Source of the DNA: Styela clava
Lineage: Eukaryota
Assembly (NCBI RefSeq): GCF_964204865.1
Contig: NC_135252.1
Coordinates: 14,322,001-14,386,000 of the forward strand
Direction of reading: 5' to 3'
DNA length: 64,000 nt
Below are positions 1-9,100 of this stretch, in pieces. Under the pieces are notes generated by a model. The model saw nothing but the letters and a program-made list of their open reading frames with translations. It was not told where the DNA came from and searched no databases. The translations under genes were made by a program, and so were the position numbers. How positions within the stretch are numbered: the stretch's first letter is position 1; each line of letters starts with the position of its first letter.

Positions 1-66
1 CTACAGAGATTACATATATATATGTTATATATATGTTATATATATAATATATATATTATATATATG
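1..66. repeat. (TA)n-rich microsatellite
   Basis: Run of tatata/tatgt units at the window start. Confidence 0.8.
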
Positions 67-1744
67 CACTCACAGGTTAAGTGCACGGTCCTAAAACAAC
101 TCAGGCAAGCAAGATTTCAGATCCAAAAAATCCGGGGGTAGATAGGTCTTACAGCGTATGTCAATGAAATCGGGAAATTTGGTTTGGTTGAAGTCATCAA
201 CGACGGCTTAGACATATCTATTATACCACCCGCGTGTTTTTTAAAGATATTTTAATCCGGATAATCTGCTTAACAGTCCGCTTCTACAGGAATGCCCCGA
301 ACACTGATACGTGTACCGGGGCCACGCGATAGAGAAAAGCGAATTTGGCCAAGTGGGAAATCGATCGGGTTTACTAGGGCTGACAAAAACCTATCACGAT
401 TCGCACCATTCGCAGACATGAAAGTTACATTCCAGAGTCCTTACCTAATGGAAAATAGTCCTTCGACGATGGGTTCAAAGGGGCAAAGCTGCTCCACAGA
501 TGGAAAAAGGTCGTAAAAAGCTGACGCCGTGGGAATGTCCTGCGAAGTAGTCGCATCTACCGACTCACCACTATGTATCTTCCTATTTCCTCTTATTCAA
601 TTGCAACCTCCGGGAGCGACGCCGCAACACTTGGAAAAAGATGGCTTGAGCGTCGACGCAGAGGTGTGAGTGAGTAGAAGGCCCAACTGCCATCAGTTTG
701 CCAGAAACCCTCTGGCTTGAGTCAGTGCCGAGAGGCAAATATGTTCTTGCAGACGTGAAGAAGTACTGCTGCTTACTCCGGTTGTAAAAATTAGAATTGT
801 GAAGGAAACTTAGGACTATCAAGTAAACAAGACAAACAAAAGCGGCAACAATTTATTTATAACAAAATTGTTGCAGAAACGCCAGGGGTGGCCTCTAATA
901 AAATTCCCGAACGGGAGAGGCCACTCCCAATACACCTATTTGGATCGGGCTGGTAAAGCCCTGGAATGGCAGAAATGAATAACGCCTAACGCTCCATGAT
1001 ATTGATTAAGGCTCGAGTTCTCACCGTAATCAAATAGCGAATTGATACGATCGTACTGAACAACCACAATACGTTGCTTTTTTACGCATTTACTAATTTT
1101 TACGTAACTTTCCATATAAGTTATCCAAAAACAATGTTAAATGATTAACGATCTGGCAGAAAATATTATGAAGTCCGATGGTTTATTTATCACAACAGCT
1201 ACCTGCAAACCCTGCCTTACATAAGCAAGCGATATATATGCCTCAAAGTGTTATTTGCAGAGCCGCAATAATTCTATTCATTGTACTCGAATAACCTGAA
1301 TCATAATGTGTGACCGCAATGGGATGTTCTTATGTACAATACATGAAATACAATGATAACGTAGCAGACTATACATACGTATCTGCATTGAAGCAAAACG
1401 AATGAGTGTGCTCGTTGTTTTTGACTGTGCTGGCGACTTGTTGTATTGTCCAGCTGGAATCTGTGGACCACCCTCTATTGTCGTTGAATATAACTTTACC
1501 TGGCCTGTAGTGTCAAACTTAGATCGACTAAACAGATGGGGCGAACAAAATGAGTGTTAACGATGTGACACTTTCCGGCGGCCCATCTGTGCTTTCGAAT
1601 ATAAGTCGGGGAATCGCCGGTTAGGAAAATGGGGAAGAGAAGACTGTGAGTTAATATTGACTTAATATTATACTGTTAATAAATATCTCAGAATTTAAAG
1701 ACTGTGGCACTTTATCTGACTTGAAAAAAGTATAGCACACCATA

Positions 1745-2061
1745 CTCAGACGTTGATAAAGGAAAAAAAGAACGATGGGCGCCGGTACGGTCCCTGCATT
1801 TGGTGAACCGACGTGTATCTAACACATGCTGATTTCAACTTGCAGACTTTCCATCTTTCTTTATGTTTGTGAACTTAATTACTGTACATGTCTTTCACTT
1901 ATCTATGATTATCTTTCGGGTCCTTGACTACAATCAGTGTTTGTTGAATAATCTGGTATGATCTGACTCCAATCAGATAGCGGTTCTTTTTGTCATAGGG
2001 TCACCAAATGCAGGGACCGTACAGGCGGCTATCGCTCTTTTTCTCTTTTTTAACGTCTCAG
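1745..2061. mobile_element. MITE with ~60-bp imperfect terminal inverted repeats and TA target duplication (Tc1/mariner-type non-autonomous element)
   Basis: The left end ta|ctcagacgtt...gtacggtccctgcattttggtga mirrors the right end tcaccaaatgcagggaccgtac...aacgtctcag|ta. Confidence 0.65.
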
Positions 2062-3188
2062 TAGTAGATAAGACCAACTCAATTGAAATTTGCTTGAATC
2101 ATTTATGAAGATTTTTATTAACATAAGAAATTACAAAAACTTTATAATATTCAGTATTTATTTTGGTAACGCCTTTTAGGCGCCCAATATAATATCACAA
2201 CGTTTAGAAATTGTAGTTGTGTAGTATGTAATACATATATACATTCCATCTTTGAAATTGGGTGCCAATTGATGTTGATTGCCTTCAAAATCCATTTTAT
2301 AATCAGACCTTAGCAAGCAACATATTCTGCAATTAAAATTCCAAAACGTTTTTCAGGCTATAAATCATAGATTTTATGCTTTTCCTATGTTCATAAGTCT
2401 TCAAAAGTATATGTAATAATAATAATGCCAAACAAGTGATTATTCATGAATATATAATTGCATTGAAAGGTGTCAAGAGAATGAGTTGTCACAGTCAGGT
2501 GGTTTATTGGACATGAAGTGTACGTATGGATGGATTGATATTATGTTGCTGTTGATCATGTGGTTAGTATTCTTTTTTATTCAATATTGTTGTGTACTAC
2601 TCACTACTGGACCAATTGCTTCGGAAATTTCAATGATTAAAGATTGTTGTTGTCGCTAGAAGGCTATTATTTTTATTTATTCCTGAATTGTCTATGGATC
2701 CTATGAGATTTGATATTTTTTAGAAATTTGGCTGTACTATTTTTTATTCGTGGAAACGCGGTTTTTAATCTGCTAATCATGAATTTTTTCGATACCGACG
2801 ACCTGACGCAGTGTAGGTAGGTAAGACACGGCAAGTGACTGTAAAAGGTAAAGTACTTAAGTTGTGTGTTGAATCAGTTATCATTTGAATTCACGTTGGC
2901 CTAAGAAGTATGAATCATCATTGACATAGGACCTGGTAAAGTTAGGGCAGTCCGGTAACGCTTCTAATTAGTCACGGTGGTCCTTAGTTTCGGTTTTGTC
3001 CAGCATATTATTGATGGCAAAATTGTGGTTAAAACATTTCATTTTGTTTTCGTGCCCATATGTTTGAGCATTGTTCTCTTTTTATTTCTGTAGTGCTTTT
3101 TTTGGGACGAATTTGAAACTCTTGCTTGCTATACTCGTCAGCAAAAAAAGTCCTGTAAACATTTGTGGATTGTACCATACGGAATGGC

Positions 3189-6100
3189 TTATTCAATACT
3201 TTCTCTATTTTTCAGTTTAACATAAACGCCATCCATAGGTCTCAAAACTAAATTCCCGGTTCTTCGTATATCTTCCAATTTGTCACGAGATTCAACGTCA
3301 AACTTCCTTAAAATGTGTGCAAGTACAACTTTTTCTTCCATTAAAGCAAACTTCTGACCAATGCAATTTCTTGGGCCGGCGGAAAATGGAATATAAGAAT
3401 ACGGATGTCGACTTTCAAACTGCTCGGTCTTAAATCTGGATCAAATCTATTAAAAATATTAATTAGTTACATTTTTAAATTCGTATGTACAAAGCCTAAA
3501 AATAAAATGATATTCTTGTTATTCCCATCGAATAAAAATTTTGTTAATGTGTATTTCCCATTTAATCCAAGCTCAAAATAACAAATTTTAAGATTTGTAT
3601 ATGTAAAATAATCTTTTTTTGTTGTACATTGTTAACAATCAATAACAGTGTAAGATAAAAGGCATGGCTGAAATCTTCAACTTGGAATGCCAACAAAATT
3701 AATTCCGATGCTTCAACTGCTTGACTATCGCGCCAATGTATGATAAATAATATTAATAATTAATCCTCACTTTTCTGGATTGGTCCAACATTCCGGATTG
3801 CTGTTGATCAATTGGATGAAGATCATGCAAAAGGTTCCTTTAGGTACGTCATATCCATCAATCCTGAAATACGTTTTGATTATTGAGTGAAGTCTCCTCT
3901 AATACTTAAAATTATAGATATATATCTCTAGAGCAGTGATCTCCAAAGTTGATTTACTGGGGGCCAAAATTAGAAGCGGGAGGATATTCGCGGGCGGGAG
4001 ATAGGAGCGCCCAAGGGGCGGATACCGGCACCGATACATATAATAATAAGAAACCAGTACAATTGAATTGTTACGAATATACACTGCTTAAACTGTAATA
4101 ATGACGTAACAATAGGCATTATTTAGAACTTAAAAAGGTGAAAACAAAAAGTTGAACTCTTCCACTCAAGTTTGGCGGGCCATATTAAATCGTTACGCGG
4201 GCCGTAATTGGCCGCCTGCCGCGATTTCGGAACCACCGCTCTGGAGAAACTTGTGTTTTTTTGTTTCGAGTTTCCGATAAAAATCAATCTGAAACTGAAC
4301 TTCATGAAATTAAAAGACTAGTCAATATTTTTAAACTTTCAACTGCATCAAATATTGTATTTTATATGTAAAACAATTTTCTATTCTATAATTATGGTTA
4401 GTTAATAAAAGATATTTGTTCGAATCGGCGAATAGTTGAAAAAAAAATTGCACAAACACCGAAACTTTTAGTATATTTAGTTGTGACTTATTTTTTAACG
4501 AATATATTTCATCTGATAAATATTGTAGATTGTTTTAAGTGAAACTGTTTTCTGTTGTCTTGTTGAAACAGAAAATTTCGTGGAATATTTTCTTATAGCC
4601 AAGTGATTTAGATATATTTTTGGTTTGTACTGAGGCTGAATTCATAAAACAGATGAAAAGTTTGACACGTTTTTTAAGCTTTAATTTTATTTGTTCAACG
4701 GTCAGTTAGACTAGTGCGCTAGTTCTACGCGCTGTTGGGCATTACTCTAAATTACTTGTCATATATATGATGAATAACATTTTCATGATATTTTCAATAT
4801 CGACATTCATTGTGATACTTACTTGCAATCATGAGCTGTATTTCTACTGACTATTGGGACAGGTGGAAGGAATCGATGAGATTCTTTGATGACCATTTCT
4901 AGATATTGAAGTTTCCGAAGATCTTCAAATGTTATTTTGCGATCAACATCGTCGACAAAAATATTGTCCAATTCCTCTTGAATTCGACGTTGAACATCGG
5001 GATAAGTACCTAATTAATTTAATTTATAAACTACAAATAAAGCATTTCTATTGAAAATTACGAACAGATACGCGTTGTAACTACATATCATTATTATTAT
5101 AATATTATCAATACATTACATATTTCTAAGACGTTTAAAATATAAAAAAAGTATGTTTTAGTATAGCCTACTTTGCACATTCGGAAAATATTATGTTACC
5201 AATAAGATAAAGAGTCCATGTCATTCCTGCAGACGACGTGTCATGACCTATAAATAATGAGAACAAAAATGTGTTTCAAATAAAAAAGAATTTGTATTTT
5301 GTCATATTTCAAATTTTTTTATTAAATAGTTGTATTACGAATGAGAACAATTTTACGAAAAGAAAAGACACGGCAACAAACATGTTTTGTGGGAATGTTA
5401 AATTTGAGGGGTGATCAAGTTAATTTATGATCGGCCGAGTTAATTACATTATATCGCAGCGTAAAACAAGAGGTGCTCAAAAATAGGAACACGATGGCCA
5501 AAACGAAGTAGCATCAAATATTTTACAGTGCCGGTAAGTAGTAGTAGGGTAGTTGAACTATGTATGTCTGAAGAAGTCTGACCTTGGTCAGACGAAACGG
5601 TACAGAAATATATTTGTGTTAGTGTGCAGCAAGACTCTTGAATCACTTAGACTAGTACCGGTAGTCCTCTTTATCAATAAAATTCTGACTTTGCTGACCA
5701 AGAGATCGATGAAATGTTGCCGCAGAACCGCCACAAGACGCGATTTTTATTTTGATGAGGTCATCACAAAACACTTCAATATAAAAAAAAACTTCCACGG
5801 AGCTCACAAAAAAATGAAGGTAATATCCTTCTATAGAGACAACAATAATGTTCAGCCTATAAAAATTTCAAAGCGATTGGCTCAGTAGTTAAAAGAGATC
5901 TTTATCCTAAAAAACAAGAATACGAAGAACATAAACAAATCAACGAAACGATCAATAGTGTCCAATAATTGCAAGCTTTGTTACCTCCAAACATGAATGT
6001 ATCAACTTCCTCTCGAATGTCTTCTATAGAAAGGTGTTTTCCTCCTTCTGAAACTTTTATTAACAGATCTAAGAATGCATGACGTCTATGGTTCCAAGTT

Positions 6101-9100
6101 TCGTCTTCTTTTTTGAATTTCGACATACGATCTCTGATAACTGATTTTGTGAATGTGTGAATAACGTTCAGCACCTTCCTATATTCTTTTCCCATTTTTG
6201 TTAAATTATAAGTTACATCGGGCCACATCCATGGATATTTAAATCGTTTCATTAGCAAATGAGTGATTCTGATTTAAAAATAAAAAAAATTTCAACTGTT
6301 TATCCATGTACATGAAGCACTCACAATTTAAAGCAATTCCTACACTGATTGTTTAAATATGCATGTAACTGCTTTTCGTGTTGTAGTTGAACTATGTATG
6401 TCTGAAGAAGTCTGACCTTGGTCAGACGAAACGTTACATAAAAATATATTTGTGTTAGTGTGCAGCAAGACTCTTGAATCACTTATAATTCGTATGTTTG
6501 TTTTTGTTTAGACACGATTGAGATGCATAGATAAGATACAGAATAAAATTGCAAGACACGGGAAAGATTTGATATAAAATTTGATATCGATTATAATCGA
6601 TAATTGATAATTATCAATTGAATCTATTAAATTTGAGTTGGGTTGCGCGAGACTAACTTCCTATCTTTTCTCTATGCCTTTATGCTAGTGGATCCGTATG
6701 CGTATACTGCAAGGAAGTCTGACTCTAGTCGGACGAAACGTTACAGAAATACATTTGTGTTAGTGTGCAGCTGGACTCTTTAACACTTTCGATGCCAAGA
6801 TCAGTTTTTTCAATTTTACCGTTCCGTGCCAAGGTGAAAACGAGAGAGTTCTCTCCTATTCATTCTCTCTCGTATTTAGTTTTTGATTCATCGGGAAAGG
6901 GGCGAACCCAGCGGTGTCATCAGTTATCGTTCACTCCGACACTTCAGTCGTAGGTGAAAGAACTCACCTACACACGCGTATCTTGTCGGAATTGCTCTCT
7001 CATGCTATTATAACATAAGTTGATGATAACTTGTCTTGATCTCTCATTGCGATAAAGATTCAATTCGAACATTTTATTCAGCAATCAGAATCATTTTATT
7101 ATACGAAAATATCAAATTTGAACAAAAAAAACAAAATCGTTTACTAGCATAAAAATATATCCTTCATTCGCTATATATTCCAATAACATTAATAATGGCC
7201 AATTATTGTCACTCACAAGGATAACATATTGCAAAATAAACAAAGTAGTCACATTGCATATTCATACAACTGTAACACATATGTATCTCTATGACCTCGT
7301 CACCATTACAATACGTCGAAAGTATTGAAATCGGCCTCTTATCTTGCCATAGTAGTGCGAGTAATTGTCCTTTTCGTAGTGAGATGATTTCCCCTTTCTT
7401 TAGTTTTGTTTTTATTTCTGCTGGAAGTCCCTTCCGGTTTGCCATGACTGTTCCCGTTATCGATGTTTTCCTTCGCTGCAATTCCTCGGCTAATGCGACA
7501 GAGTTATAGAGTCTAAATTAAAAATGAATATTATTAAAAATTGGTTGTGATAAAACAGTTTATGCAATTGATTGATATATCCGACAATGATTCGTTATCT
7601 AAAATAGAACGCAGTATGGCGCCGAGACGTAAATTATCTAATTTGTCTTATCAATACCGAATAATCAACATACCTATCAACAAATACGTGATATCCTCTA
7701 TCCAGATGACTTTCCATTAGTTGCAAAACTAAATTCGAAGTTTTTGTGACGCCGGGTGGAAGTTGTTCCAAGTTTGGATTACCATAATCTATTTTTACAT
7801 TGAAAATGTATCCAGTTGTTGAATCACTCGCACTACTATGGCAAGATAAGAGGCCGATTTCAATACTTTCGACGTATTGTAATGGTGACGAGGTCATAGA
7901 GATACATATGTGTTACAGTTGTATGAATATGCAATGTGACTACTTTGTTTATTTTGCAATATGTTATCCTTGTGAGTGACAATAATTGGCCATTATTAAT
8001 GTTATTGGAATATATAGCGAATGGAGGATATATTTTTATGCTAGTAAACGATTTTGTTTTCTTTGCTCGAATTTGATATTTTCGTATAATAAAATGATTC
8101 TGATTGCTGAATAACATGTTCGAATTGAATCTTTATCGCAATGAGAGATCAAGACAAGTTATCTCCAACTTATGTTATAATAGCATGAGAGAGCAATTCC
8201 GACAAGATACGCATGTGTAGGTGAGTTCTTTCACCTACGACTGATGTGTCGGATAATACCGAAACATGCGTAATACATTTCAGGTGCGTTTGTATCTTAG
8301 TATTGCTCCTGAGTTTTCGTCGGGCGCTTCTATATTTGGTGGGTTCAGTCAGTAAACGATGAAATTCGAAGTCTTTACTTGCCTCGGCAAACATTTCATT
8401 CAATCTGGTATTTATAGCGAGCAAATACTTATTTGTGTGGATATTTGAACTAATATTGGCGTGCAAATGAAGTATTTCCAAATGCAATTTCAATATTCAT
8501 TATACGCATCCGGTGTCTCTAAGTTGACATAATAAAAAGGTTTAAAGCTTCATCGAAATTCGTCAGTTGATCTGTCAAGAACACGATTTTCCGAAATTGT
8601 CATCTCACGCAATTTGCTACGCAAGTCGTCTCGACTGCACGTAGTCCCGTCTTCGTGGCGCCAGACACGTGATCGCTATTGCGTAGCTACGTAATCAGTA
8701 CGCCATGGCTGCTTATTGAACTTGTTCATCCGACACAAAGTCGTAGGATTGCATATTTTGCTATAATTATGGTTATACAATAGCTACGGAAGTAATTCAA
8801 TATGAGCTGAAAGCATACGAGGGGCTCTGTGTTATTGGTAATATATTTCCCGCTAAATTACCATATCTCGGATCATATCTCACTGACAAGTAGAAAAATA
8901 TATGTTCCGAATAATATCAATTTCTCACTTTATTATTTCAAAATGTAACATTTCACCTCTCAGGACGATAAAATTTGCTTTCGTTGCAGATGTCCGTCAA
9001 TCCGTTACCCAAAAATGATAAAAAATTAAAAAAACGTTCAAAAATACCAACATTTTGAATCATTTCATCGTCCTGCCAATAAGACGACGATCATGCATAT

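Noticed and set aside
6700-6760. Sixth hammerhead copy at the 5' partial unit
   Set aside because: The inversion junction removed CUG and helix I (reads gcaagga-agtctgac), so it cannot be a complete ribozyme.
7291-7509. ORF pair beginning MTSSPLQYVESIEIG on both strands
   Set aside because: An artefact of the 428-bp inverted repeat; it is the antisense frame of the transposase fragment.
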